In this document: in pieces, positions 1 through 11,722 of the stretch
Layout of the letters: every line of letters starts with the position of its first letter
Numbering within the stretch: position 1 is the first letter of the stretch
DNA from: Callorhinchus milii
Taxonomy: Eukaryota
Reading direction: 5' to 3'
Assembly (NCBI RefSeq): GCF_018977255.1
Contig: NW_024704742.1
Span: forward strand, 134,480,001 to 134,544,000
DNA: 64,000 nucleotides
The notes under the pieces: model-generated
The model's input: only the letters and a program-made list of their open reading frames with translations
Databases searched by the model: none
What the model was told of the DNA's origin: nothing
Program-made: the position numbers and the translations under genes

Positions 1-689
1 CCCAGTTGTTGATCGATTGGTGGATCACTTTCCAGGGTGTAATGGTTTCTGCCAGTGCAGTTAGCAAGTGGTCTGGATTTCTCGGACATTCCTTGACACC
101 AGCTAACACCGTTTGTTATCTAAGAGTGTGTTTGCTGTGCGAGCAGCAGCTTCTACACTATAAACAAATTCACACATCCAGATATTCACATTATGTGAAC
201 GGCCATCTTCAGATACGTAGGGCAATCATTGTAGGTAAGGGAAATAGGAGGTTGTGGGCTCCATTGGAGTATCTACCCTGGTGTGGAATAGTTGGGCTAA
301 ATAGTTTGTTTCTAATCTGCACTAATGCACTATTGGAGGGGGGGTGGGGGTGGGTAACAGGAGGGAAAATGATAAGAGAAATGTATGGCATCTCAGGGGG
401 GTCAGGGGCTCTGGTGTTTCGAAAAGAGATGTCAAATGGCAAGCAAGTCAGACCCTTCTTATTCATGGATCAATAGAAATGGATTAAAAGATCTCCAATA
501 AGTCAGGGTTGTTGAACGATTTCTATTAAGGGAGAAGAGATGGGTATTGTTTGATCGTGGCAGAGCACTCACGCACGCATGCACTCACACACACTGTTTG
601 CTTTACTACATCACAAGTTTATAATGAGAGCAGATTAGCTGATCATTATAACAAGGGGCCTTTTCACTCAAGGAAAACTTCAAAGATAT

Positions 690-1250
690 GCAAAGCACGG
701 AAACAGGTCACTCAGCCCAACCTGTCCATGCTGGTGTTTATACTCCACACGAGTCTCTACCCATTCCTTACTCCCTCCCTTACCCTTCAATTCCCCGCTC
801 CCTCATGTGAAAGTCTAGCTTCCTCTTAAATACATCTACACTATCTGATTCAACCACTGCTTCAGGTAGTGAGTTCCAGAGTCTCACCATCCTCTGCATG
901 AAATAAACTCTCCTAAATTCGCTTTTAGATCCCCTAGTCATGATCTCATACCTGTGTCTCCTGGTTACAAGTCCCCAACCTATTGATTAACCTTATCAAA
1001 CCCAATTATAATTTTTTAAACTCCTCTATTAGGTCGTCTCTTAAATGTCTCTTCTCTAGTGAAAAAAAATCTAGCTTATCCAGTCTATCCTGATAGCCAT
1101 AACCTGCCAGGCCTGGTATCATCCTAGTAAATCTACTCTGTAGAGTATTTCCATCACTGCCATATCCTTCTTAGTGGTGTGGAGCCCAGAATTGACACAG
1201 TACTCCAAGTGTGGTCTCACCAAGGTCTTGTACAAACTAACCAAGATTTT
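690..1250 (-). mobile_element. Degenerate CR1 LINE 3' fragment
   Basis: Resembles the CR1 copy at 22612-23400 (e.g. cacagtactccaagtgtggtctcaccaagg); no intact ORF. Confidence 0.7.
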
Positions 1251-1327
1251 CACTTTACAGCGAATTAAATACTGGACTATTCAGTTTATTTATAGTTTGT
1301 GTGTGTGTGTGTAAACTCTTTACTTAC

Positions 1328-1366
1328 CCGGAAATAAAATTCTTCATTCCATTTTGGATTCAGTGT
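1328..1366 (-). CDS. NEDD4L: NEDD4L coding exon (exon 4 equivalent), C2 domain, 39 nt: TLNPKWNEEFYFR
   Basis: Minus strand ttgtttttcAG|acactgaatccaaaatggaatgaagaattttatttccgg|GTaagt. Carries the C2 LNPxWNE motif and is in frame with the previous exon. Confidence 0.97.
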
Positions 1367-1792
1367 CTGAAAAACAAAATTATTTCCGTCAGTTAAAAAC
1401 CACACAATCGCCAATGGTCACCTCTTCCCATCCCCCTAGCTCGGCATCAGGCTCCGCCTCTGAAACATTTGTCTGCCCGAGGGGTGCTATATAAACGCAA
1501 GTCGTTGTTGTTGTTTAACATGAAGACTTCAGGCATCTCTTCACAAACTTGGTACCGTTATGATCTGGCTGCTGTATATGCAAACACAAGGCGAGACCTA
1601 AGCTTAGCCATTTTATTAGTTCTCTTTCCCCATTTACTTCTTTATTTTAAGCACTCGGCGTCCCTTGAAATTAAATCACTACGATCCATATAGCCCAGCA
1701 TCTTCCTGCATCGTAGAATTAATATAAATAATCTTTATATTTAATGTTTCATGTCGGGAAGACATCTCAAAGTGCTTCACAGGATGCGAAGG

Positions 1793-2245
1793 AACAACAA
1801 ATTGCATTTATATAGCGCCACTCATGCAGGGTAGCTTCCCAGCTTGACAGTGGTAGAGAACAACAGCAAGTTAGGGAGCGGTGGAGGTGACCGTAGGCAT
1901 GCTCGAATAGGAAGAACATCAACCATGACCTGAAGATGGGGAAGAAGGGGGAAAAGCGGAAGGATAGAGGAAGAGTGTTCCAGAGATAAGGCACATGCAA
2001 GAGTCCAGAACTAGTCGAGTGGAGGCAGCGGGTAGTGGGTTGGGGAGTATGCATGTCGGAGAGGTAGGGAGGTGCCAGGGCATAAAGGGATCTTAAAATC
2101 AATCCATTTGGTGATAGGGAGCCATTGAAGCCTGACTAGAACTGGTGTGATGGGCGTATGGAACTGGTGTGATATACGGTTGCGTATGTCGGCCGCGGAC
2201 TTTTGTATTAGGTGGATTTTGTGGATGGTGGAGCTGAGGAGACCT
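1793..2245 (-). mobile_element. Degenerate L2 LINE 3' fragment
   Basis: ORF 1767..2102 contains LYALAPPYLSD...SGLLHVP...LWNTLP; (GTT)n-type tail near 1793. Confidence 0.8.
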
Positions 2246-2266
2246 ATGAGTATATATCATCACTGC

Positions 2267-2500
2267 GGGCAGAGATTCCTCCCATTCAGCTTCTCTTAAC
2301 CCTGCAAGCCAAAGCCTTAACCGGTGGTGTAGTCCTAGCTGGGCAAGCAGATGGAAATCTTGTCAAACAGTGCTATTAAAGGCACGTTTTAGCTGGTTCC
2401 CCAAGCCTTGGCTCTTGCCAACCTGTGCCTAATATTTTCTGGAATTAGGTAAACTGGATGCCTCTCTCCAGGGAGAGAGAGCACATCCCATTCCAACAAT
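2267..2500 (+). repeat. Old dispersed repeat, probable non-autonomous TIR (MITE-like) element; related copies near 13425-13541, 17390-17657, 25333-25410, 33255-33340, 58292-58461
   Basis: Shared motifs ccccaagccttggctct, ttaaccctgcaag and gcttgtccagct recur between the copies in both orientations. Confidence 0.6.
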
Positions 2501-4042
2501 CTATCTCTGGAATTTCTATGTGTAGTGGGATGCGCAGAATTCTCAGTCTGAAGCACGGTGATGGGTTCCGTGTGTGTCCGGGTGAGTCAAGAAAAAAAAT
2601 CCTGTGAAGCAATTTGAGACATCTTGATGACATGATATGGCAATATACAAAATGGAAAGATTATCATTATTTTATTAATCCTCCGAGTGTAGGACTTACA
2701 AAATGCAGAGGGCACTTGAAAAGTGGGAGGCTGACAGGTATCTGAAAGATAAGATGCTTGACGGACAACTTGCTCTGAGACTCGATGAGCCGGATGTGCT
2801 CATATCTGAGCTGTAAATTACTACAAATTATGGCTGTTCTTCAGACATCACTGTACGCAAATCGGTTGCTGCATTCCCCAACCAGTCCTTGATGTAAATC
2901 TATGAAGCGCTTTGAAACTGTGATACCATGATAAAATACTGTATCAAATGCAAGGATGGTCAATGTGCACAGATGATTATTAATAATTAATGATTCAGTA
3001 GCCATAGTGCTGGAGTGCTGAACCAGCGATTACATGAGGGTGAGGAGGAACTTTTATCTAATTCCTTCCTCTTGGATTTTGTACGTATGTGAATTTGGCA
3101 AGCAGGAGGGAAGATTTTTTGTGTGTGGGAGAGATTGAGATGAGCTCCTTCCTATCTTGCTGAAGAACATATTTGTTCTATACTTGTTAATTGGTGCAAG
3201 AGACAGACGGGGGCGGAAGGCGTGGAGGAGGCCAAAAGACGCAACAGTGTGGAGGATTGGAGGCAAGCTCTATCTCTCGCAGAAACCCAAAGCCAATTTT
3301 CTGAGCTCGTGCTTTTTTAACAATAATTCTTGTATTTGATTTAACATCTCATCACGCCATTGGGACATCTCACAGGACTTCACAGAATAGACTGTAAAGT
3401 GAATTGACTGTATATTTTGTTGGCAATTTGCTGACAAACATACAGTCACTATGCTTGAAAATTACTTCCGAGATGCTGCATATCAAACCCGAGGATCATT
3501 GCTGCATTAATTGCGGGACATTCGCAATTAAACTTCAAAAGTCCAATTACCTCGAGTTCTATTGAGCGCTACCTTTGTAAATACACACACGAGTATTGGG
3601 GTTACAGTGTACAACTGTGAATATAGTGCATCCCAGTGATAAACTACTTTACTGTAGCGCAGGTTCAGATAAAATGCATTTGAGGTACAGGCCCTGAAAT
3701 TTTCTAACCTAAAAATTTATGCTCCTGACATTGACTAAAAATAATAATAATAAATAATAATAATAATTCTTACGATTGAAATAGCACCCCATCACATTGT
3801 CAAGACATCTCAAAGCATTTCACAGGATATACTAAAAAGTGGTGTGACTGTGCATATTTTGTGGGGGAACTCAGTAGCCAATTTTTGCACAGCAGTGCCC
3901 CACAAACAGCTGTGAAGTCAGTGATCAATTTTATTGACAGCAGGGAAACTTTACAGGTTTTGTTCCTTTCACTGTCCTATGAAGTCCGCTGGCAAGTGTC
4001 ACTGGGTCAGTAAGCTCCCTTACCCATTCCCTGGAAACTTAC

Positions 4043-4124
4043 CTTTTTTATAGTTTTGGTCTGAATCAACCCCAATTCTCGGTTCTCGTCAGCCACATAC
4101 AACGATAGCTTCACATAAGGATCA
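4043..4124 (-). CDS. NEDD4L: NEDD4L coding exon (exon 3 equivalent), C2 domain, 82 nt: (S)[27 protein letters not shown]
   Basis: Minus strand tttctccccAG|tgatccttatgtg...ataaaaaag|GTaagt. The YVADENREL motif is typical of NEDD4L. Absent from the ORF track; found by manual translation. Confidence 0.97.
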
Positions 4125-7100
4125 CTGGGGAGAAACAAACAAAAACATTGGAAGTTTTAGCTTCAGTTTTATTAACACTCCTTCAGTGAAGCTCTCCAAG
4201 ATGTTATACTACCTGCTTCATGTTCCCCCTCCCTGTCTACTCCAGCATTGGCAACCGAGCTTTCAGCCTTTCTGTCCTCACTCTCCCAAACTCCATCCCG
4301 GATTCCCTCTGACTCGCTCTCTCTCTCACATCTCATTCAAGGTATGTCTCAAGATCTTCCTCTTTATCCTCGCTTCTCCACACACCCTGGTCAGTATTGT
4401 TAAGTGCCTTTGGGACATCTGACCTACGAATGTCAAACATACGTATAACATAAAACAAATTACATTTGTGTAGTGCCCTTCACGTCAGGAGGACTTCCCA
4501 AGGCGCTGGACTGTCAGGGATTTGGACCCGAGCTGGGGGTCGGGATTGGGAAAGGTGGAGGCTTGATCGAAGAGGAGGGTTTTGAGAATAATGTGTATTG
4601 TACTGTACCTTGTGAGGACGCAATGTAAATTCAGGGAGCTGTTTGCAGATGACACTCAGCCTTTCATTCCCACTCCCTCCTCTACATCTCCCCACCCCTC
4701 AGTCTCGCATGACATGCACAGTCACTCCAAGATGCTGATATATACCTCACTAAAAGTAGCTCACAGGAGTAGAGAGCTATGAGAAAGGCAGATGGAATTC
4801 TGCGGATAATAAGAAGCAATAGAATACAATAGGGAAGTACAGTCGCAGCCGTCTATCGGGACTCTGTATCTGAACATAAGTGAGACAGCGCTGGGGAGAA
4901 CTTCATTCAAGTGCGGGCATCTCAGAAAAGATAGAATAAATTAAAAAAATAAAGTGGGGCCACCATTCACCCATTGACCTTCCCTACGGTCACCTTCCCC
5001 CTCCCCTTGGCATCGGGCTACGGCACTGTTAAGCACTCTGAGACGCCGACTGGCGTAAAGGACGCATATAAATGATAGTGTGGTAAACACAGGTCTGAGG
5101 TCCGAGGCACTATCATACAAAAATAGTGTTATACAAATTAAAGTTGTTGTATAAAGCATATACCATCATAAGGCTGTATCTTACTTAAAAGTCCACTGAA
5201 TCTTGCCTCTTCTCATGACTGCTCAGTATATGGAACGAACACACAGAAGGTAAGGTAGCAGTAACAACAAACAACAACTTGTATTTACGCAGCACCCTTC
5301 ATGCAGCGTAGCGTCTCAGAGCGCTGAACAATGGAAGAGTTTGACCCTGAGTCAGGGAGGAAGGAAAGGTGACCATAGTCATGGTCGAGGGGATTGAAAC
5401 AGGGAGAAGGATAGAGAAGGCAAAGCAGCATCGAGCACAGACTTTCAACCTGACGAACTCAGTCCGAAAACAACGGGTTTCCTCCAAAAGAAAACTCACA
5501 GCCACTGCGGTCCTTTTCACGAACAAACACTCACAGTATTTAGTCTGTTAAGTTTCCGCAAAAGTATTAAAATTCCTGGTTTATCACTGCCATATACACT
5601 GCTTTGCAGATGAACCCTACGCTCTATATCTTGTATCTTGAAAAGTATTCAGTGCGAACTCCTTGCAAAGCCAAGGGATTATAACATCACATTTATTTTA
5701 ATATTAAAACACCCTCAAGTTTTAATGTTCAAAAACAAATCTTTTTTTCTAAAAAAAATGCTGAAGTTTACATAGAACTATAAAATATTACAGCACAAAA
5801 ATGAAGAATTCAGCCCATTAACTCAACACTGGTATTTTTCTCCACAGCCACTAATATTAATTAAGCTCATTTCGCAAGCAAGGGGACTCGGGTTCGATTC
5901 CCAGGCCGCCCACTGTGAGCCAATTGCTATGCGCAATTGGCTGCTGCATTTCACCCACAAAATATACAGTCAATTCACTTTACAGAGGTGTGTGGAGGAA
6001 GGAAACTTACCCAAAGTTTTGCCCTGCTGGGAATCGATCCCAGGTCTCTCGCTTGCGAGGCGAGTGCTCTAACCACTGAGCTACAGGCCTCCATGTCTTC
6101 GAGACTTCTCAAAGCCCTTTACATAATACACCGTGAAGTGAACAGAGTGTATATTTTGTGGGCGAAACACAGCAGCTAATTGCGCACAGCAGGACATAAG
6201 AACATATGAATTTGCTGGTGAAAGAAGACCAAGTTCCATCTAATTCGCCTTCCACCATCCTGGTTTGACAGGCCTGGTAGTCGATGCTAGTTAAGACCAA
6301 AGGATCAGCCGTCATCAGTTACGTCTTTGCCAATGTATTAAAAAGGAAGGAGGCAATGCTGTGGTGACAAGCAGTGTCACCAAAGGTCACAATTACTGGT
6401 TTCCAGCATTCTTCATTATCAAAAGGGTCGGATCATTATCATTACACGACAGAAACATGATGTTTACAATGCGAGGAAGCTGGAATTATATACCCAGAGC
6501 TGCCAGGCTTCCTTTGTGCATTTCACCGAGAGCAAATGAAGTAATGAACAGTTTCTCGGCAAATCGGGATGTTAAGTACCATTCATCGTTTTCGGAAAAT
6601 ACAACAGCAACTTGCAAATATACAGTCAATTCACTTTACAGTATATTCTGTGAAGCGCTTTTGAGACATCTAGAAGACGTGAAAAGCGCTATATCAAATG
6701 GAAGGATTTTTTTTTAACAGAACTCCAAAGATCAAGACATACTATGGGGGTGGAAGGAATGGAGGGGAATGTGAATGGATCCTGAGATGATTGATGGATC
6801 CATTGAGACACTGCTGTGTGCAATTGGCTGCTTCGTGTTTCGTAATGCAAGGATTATTATTATCATTATAATCGAACACAAGCTTTTGTGGAAACAGACA
6901 CTGGCCGATAAAGGCTAACAGAATTGCACCAAATTCAATGGGGTGTAAAAGAAATTCAGTGTGTGACATGACGATCACGAAGTGTGGGAATGATTCACCT
7001 GATAGTGAATGTGAAGGAACATTCTGCTCCTGGAGAAGATTCACTCGATAGCCTGCTGGTTCGGAGAATCCCGATAAGACCAAATTACAAGTCCAACTTG

Positions 7101-7737
7101 TAACTGAAACTCCCTGCCTCGATGCCTCCGCCTCAACCCTTCTTTTGTGTCAGCCTGGCTCAAGTGCATCTGAGTCACAAGGTTGTTGGTTCAAGCCTCA
7201 CATCGGACTCACATAGTCTAATGCAGGGGTTTGGGTTCTCTAAAGCACAGCGCTGAAACACCGGGATGAGACACGAGCAGGCAGTCAGCCAGCTCAATGG
7301 CTGCAGTGATAGCTTTGGACTGAAACCAATCTAGTCTGACAGATCCAGTTGGTCAGAAGCACCATCCTTCATTAAATCAAATAACTCAATTTCTCCACTG
7401 TCTGTTGAGATGGATGTTAAAGATTCCATGACAGCAATTTGAAAAATGAACGAAAGTTTCTCTCTCAGTGTCCCGGCCAATAATCCCCCAGATAAAATTG
7501 GCCATTCACCTCCTGGCTGTATGAGGACATTGCTGTGCACAAAATTGACTGCCATGTACAAAAAACAATCACTGCACTGAACAATGAATGCTCCCTCTTT
7601 ATCAGTCTTCACCTCCCTTTTCTCCCTGGAGTGGAGTCAAAGTCTGCCTCTACTCAGCGAGCGATCCGAGATGCTGGCCTGCGTGATGGGACGCTATATA
7701 AATGCAAGTTGTTGTGGCAAGTACAATAGAGCTCTTT

Positions 7738-8090
7738 ATAATAATAATCATCCTTGCATTTGATATAGCGCTTTATCGCGTTGCTGAGATGTCTCAAAGC
7801 GCTTCACAGAATATTCAAGTGAATTGACGGAATATTTTGTAGGTGAAACATGACAGCCCACAGCGGTGTCCCACAAACAGTCTGTATTGAGTGATCAAAT
7901 TACTATTATAATTTTTTTAAGGGAACCCGGAAAAGCGCTCCACCAATCAACTAACAACCAGGCTCCAACTTACTGCTGGGTAAACAGAAGCGTGTGAAGT
8001 AAGGAAACTTGCTTAAGGTTTCATTCTGCTCGGAAATCGAACGCGGCTCCTCTCTCTTGGTGCTCTAACCAATCCGCTGCAGGACTCTAC
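7738..8090 (-). mobile_element. tRNA-derived Deu-domain SINE, intermediate subfamily
   Basis: (AAT)n tail, Deu core, extra gtttacccagcagtaag segment, decayed tRNA head. Confidence 0.8.
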
Positions 8091-8366
8091 ATCTCTTTTG
8101 ATATGTTTTGACATTATAGGTGCTTCATCTAATGCAAGGATTATTAATGTATAATTATTATTATTCCAACATGATTCCATACATCACATACCGCAGTTAT
8201 TAATTTTGACATCTCAAGAGGCCAAATATAACCCATGTTATGATAATTAGCACATCACATACGCATTTCCAGCAATTTCAGCATCTCACGTTGGCCAAGA
8301 ATATAAATCAACTCGTGCCAGCTCATAGTTAATGCAAAACCGTAATTCCAGAATTGCATAACCGTA

Positions 8367-8935
8367 ATTTCAGAACTCTGCAGCTCGTGTACTGTCCCGC
8401 ACCAGGCTTCGGGACCACATCACTCCCATCCTCGCTCGCCTCCACTGGCTCCCCATCCCCCAGAGGATCGAATTCAAGATCCTCATCCTCACCTACAAGG
8501 CCATTCACGGCCTCGCTCCCTCCTACCTCTCTGACCTACTACCCCCCTACTTACCTGCCCATACCCTCCGTTCCTCTGGCTCCGGTCTGCTCCACATCCC
8601 CCGGTGGCCGGGCCTTCAGCCTCTCAGCCCCCAGGCTCTGGAACTCTATTCCCCAGTGCCTTCGCCGCCTCCTCCCTTTCCTCCTTCAAGGCTGGTCTCA
8701 AGACCTTTCCCTTTGACCGTGCCTTCAGCTCCCCTCTCAACTCTCTACTCCCTCCTCGCCCCCTCCCTTCCCTCCCCTCACCCGACCATGTCCCCCCTCC
8801 CGCTCCCTCCCTTCCCTACCCTCACCCTGACCATTTTCCCCCCTGCTCGGGTCCTGACCCAACTGTGCAGCGCCTTGGGACGTCCTCCCGACGTAAAAGG
8901 CGTTCTATAAATGGAATCTTGTTGTTGTTGTTGTA
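8367..8935 (+). mobile_element. L2 LINE 3' fragment (subfamily B 3'UTR)
   Basis: Encodes LHWLPIPQRIEFKILILTYKAIHGLAPSYL; ends with the gcgccttgggacgtcctcccgacg stem-loop and (GTT)n. Confidence 0.9.
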
Positions 8936-10112
8936 ATCAGTGATTTGAAAGACACTACATCAATTTTGTTCTAAAACCATCAAAAGCAAAGGCATATTGT
9001 ATAAAATTTGCATCTGATGCAGCACTTTATGACATTGTTGAGATGTATCAATGCACTTCACAGAATTTACTGTGAAGTGTTTATGACTATTTTGTTGGTG
9101 AACACGGCATTGCACACCCCAATGTCCCACTGACAGCCATTCTGTTTGAACAATGCTGCATTTGAGGGAGTTGCCAAATACCTGTTAGTACCTGTTTAAT
9201 AATCAAGAGCAGTTATAAAGGGATAACAATAAGCAGTCTGTTATATCAGAGACTGTTACGGTGAGGCAAGAGCACGCACCAAACACACATACGATACACA
9301 CACAGTGGTCCAAGGTTTTTAAAACCGTCTGGAATCCAAACAACATCTTTATAAAACCAGACCTTTCCTGCACTTCCACAGAAACTTCATTGAACATGCA
9401 CTTGCCATGAGGTTTTTGAACGCACTCTGCTTCAAAGGGTACTTGACATGTGTCCCCAACGCATCTGAATTTACCTGTCTTCCAACATGTATCTTTGCAA
9501 GTTTACATTGAACCTGACAAAATGTCAGCGTGACAGCCTGGCTCAGTGAGAGGCGCATTCGTCCTTGAGAGTGTGTCTGCAAAGGACCGAAAAATCAATT
9601 GCCCACTTATTCTCTACTCTCTTCTCTCATTCTCTCTCTCTCTCTCCTTCCCCCTTCCTCCCACTACTCAACCTCACTAGAACATCAATCCCTTCAAAGG
9701 AATTACAAGTTCAATCGCGTATCTTTGTGATCCGACATATTGCTGTCACCTCCCCAGGACATCGGGTAGGTGACAGGAATGTGTAGGACCACAAAGAGAT
9801 CATGGCAATCCTTCTGGCTAGTGCTGAATCCATGCAATGCAGTCCGACTCTGTCGAAGCTTTGATATACAATACAATCTACATTTACATAGTGCCTTTCA
9901 TGTCGAGAAGACGGCCGAAAAATCTCTGAACAATGCTAGATGGTCACCCGAGTTGGGGGAGGGAGTCGGGTGGTGGGGGAAGGGAGGGGTTGAGGTGAAA
10001 GATGACTGAAAGCGCAACCAAAGAGATAAGTTTTCGGACAGGTGATTTAGGCCACATCTATAGGTATACCATGACTAGTGGTATAAGATGTACGGTACAC
10101 TATCCAATGTGC

Positions 10113-10134
10113 GAGCACACAGACACACACAGAT

Positions 10135-10176
<42 letters not shown>

Positions 10177-10290
10177 ACACACACACACACAGAGACACAC
10201 ACACACGCAGACATAGGGACACACACACTCATATAGATAGATACAGACAGGCAGACACATACATAGACAGACACAGGGACACACACACAA
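10113..10290. repeat. Compound (CA)n/(GA) microsatellite
   Basis: Seen directly; it explains the HT/CV-repeat ORFs at 10002-10433. Confidence 0.95.
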
Positions 10291-10573
10291 CAAAGATGCA
10301 AGCACTTTGGTCTGAGGCAAGGGCTACAGCTGTGAGCCACATACCATGTGTGAGTCTGGGTGGGTTCCGTCACGACAAACTATTTATACACATCAACACT
10401 CGAGTCGGTTCGCGACACCATTTGACGGCCTGAGACAGATGGGGCAGAAACGGCACCGATCAGTCGGGCCTTTCAAAAAAGTGCCCAAGCCACCACCAGA
10501 TCAGGCCCGGCAGCTGTTACAAGAGTTCAAGAAAACAGTCAACTGTGTGTGTGTGTGCTCCCAATCTCAATGT

Positions 10574-10889
10574 GGAGTCCTGTAGCTCAGTGGTTAGAGC
10601 ACTCGCTTTGCAAGTGAGAGACCTGAGTTCAATTCCAGGCAGAGGGCGAAACCTTGGGCAAGTTTCCTTACTCCACACAGAGCCTAATAATAATCCCTCC
10701 AAAAACCAAAAACAATAATAAATTGGTCTTTTTCAATCTACGACTGTTTGTGGGACACTGCTGTGCGCAATTGGCTGCCGCGTTCGCCCACAAATATACA
10801 GTCAATTCACTTTACAGTGTGTTCTGTGAAGCGCTTTGGGACGTCCTCCCGACGTGAAAAGCGCTATATCAAATGCAAGGATTATTATT
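10574..10889 (+). mobile_element. Young tRNA-Ala-derived Deu-domain SINE, full length (~315 bp)
   Basis: Head has A box TAGCTCAGTGG, anticodon arm ctcgc-tt-TGC-aa-gtgag and B box GTTCAATTCC; then Deu-like core tgctgtgcgcaattggctgccgcgtt, L2-like tail and (ATT)n. Confidence 0.92.
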
Positions 10890-11039
10890 TAGCTGTTTGG
10901 ATTATTCTGGCGCTCTAGAACGCTGCCCTGCATAAGGGGCGCTATACAAATGCAAGTTGTTGTTGTTATTGCACCTCTCTCATGTTGGTTCCCCCCCCAC
11001 CACCTCTCCCCCACCTCATCACCTATCCATATAATTTCA

Positions 11040-11340
11040 TTAATAATAACCTTGCATTTGATATAGCGCTTTTCACGTCTTCTAGACGTCCCAAAGTGCT
11101 TCACAGAATATATTGTAAAGTGAATTGACTGTATATTTGTGGGCGAACGTGGCAGCCAATTGCGCACAGCAATGTCCCACAAACAGTCGTGGATTGAAAA
11201 TGAACAATTTATTATTGTTTTTTTTTTTTGGAGGGATTATTATTAGGCTCTGTGTGGAGTAAGGAAACTTGCCCAAGGTTTCGCCCTCTGCCTGGAATTG
11301 AACTCAGGTCTCCCACTTGCAAAGCGAGTGCTCCAACCAC
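11040..11340 (-). mobile_element. Young tRNA-Ala Deu-SINE, inverted relative to 10574-10889
   Basis: Reverse complement of the same consensus, slightly 5' truncated. Confidence 0.92.
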
Positions 11341-11342
11341 AT

Positions 11343-11722
11343 AGTGTCAGCCTGGCTCAGTTGGTAATAAATCTCACCTCCGAGTCAGAATTTGTTTTAT
11401 GTTGAAGCCCAACGCCAGGACTTTGAACTAGCAGTCACGGCTAAAACCTCATTGCAGTGCCGGGGAAGCGTAGTATTGCCAGAGGTGCCGTCTTTCAGAT
11501 GAGATGTGAAACTGAGGTCTCTTCTACCCATTCTGGTGGTTAAAGATCCCACTATTCAAAACAGTGAAGTGAGACACTTCACAGCTGTTTGTGGGTACAT
11601 TAACTGTGTGCAAATTGGCGGCTGCATTCACCTACAAAATACAGTCATTACAATCGACAGCAAATCCTTTGAAGTGCTTTGAGACATCCTCTAGATGTGG
11701 ATAGTTCTATAACAAAAGCAAT
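11343..11722 (+). mobile_element. Old SacSINE1/AmnSINE-like DeuSINE with a different tRNA head
   Basis: Head gtcagcctggctcagttggt...gagtcagaa and core gaggtgccgtctttcagatgaga...aaagatccc resemble the recalled DeuSINE central domain. Related copies near 12560-12830, 16250-16550(-), 21069-21490, 39203-39520, 49560-49905(-). Confidence 0.75.

Noticed and set aside
10002..10433. His/Thr- and Cys/Val-rich ORFs
   Set aside because: Artefacts of the (CA)n microsatellite.
10574..10650. tRNA-Ala(TGC)-like sequence, repeated many times
   Set aside because: It has A/B boxes and an anticodon arm but no closed acceptor stem, and it continues into SINE body; these are SINE heads, not tRNA genes.
10654..10857. 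Recurring ORFs such as MGKFPYSTQSLIIIPPK... and ...FGTSSRREKRYIKCKDYYY
   Set aside because: Translations of the SINE consensus in various frames, with indels between copies; no sign of coding constraint.
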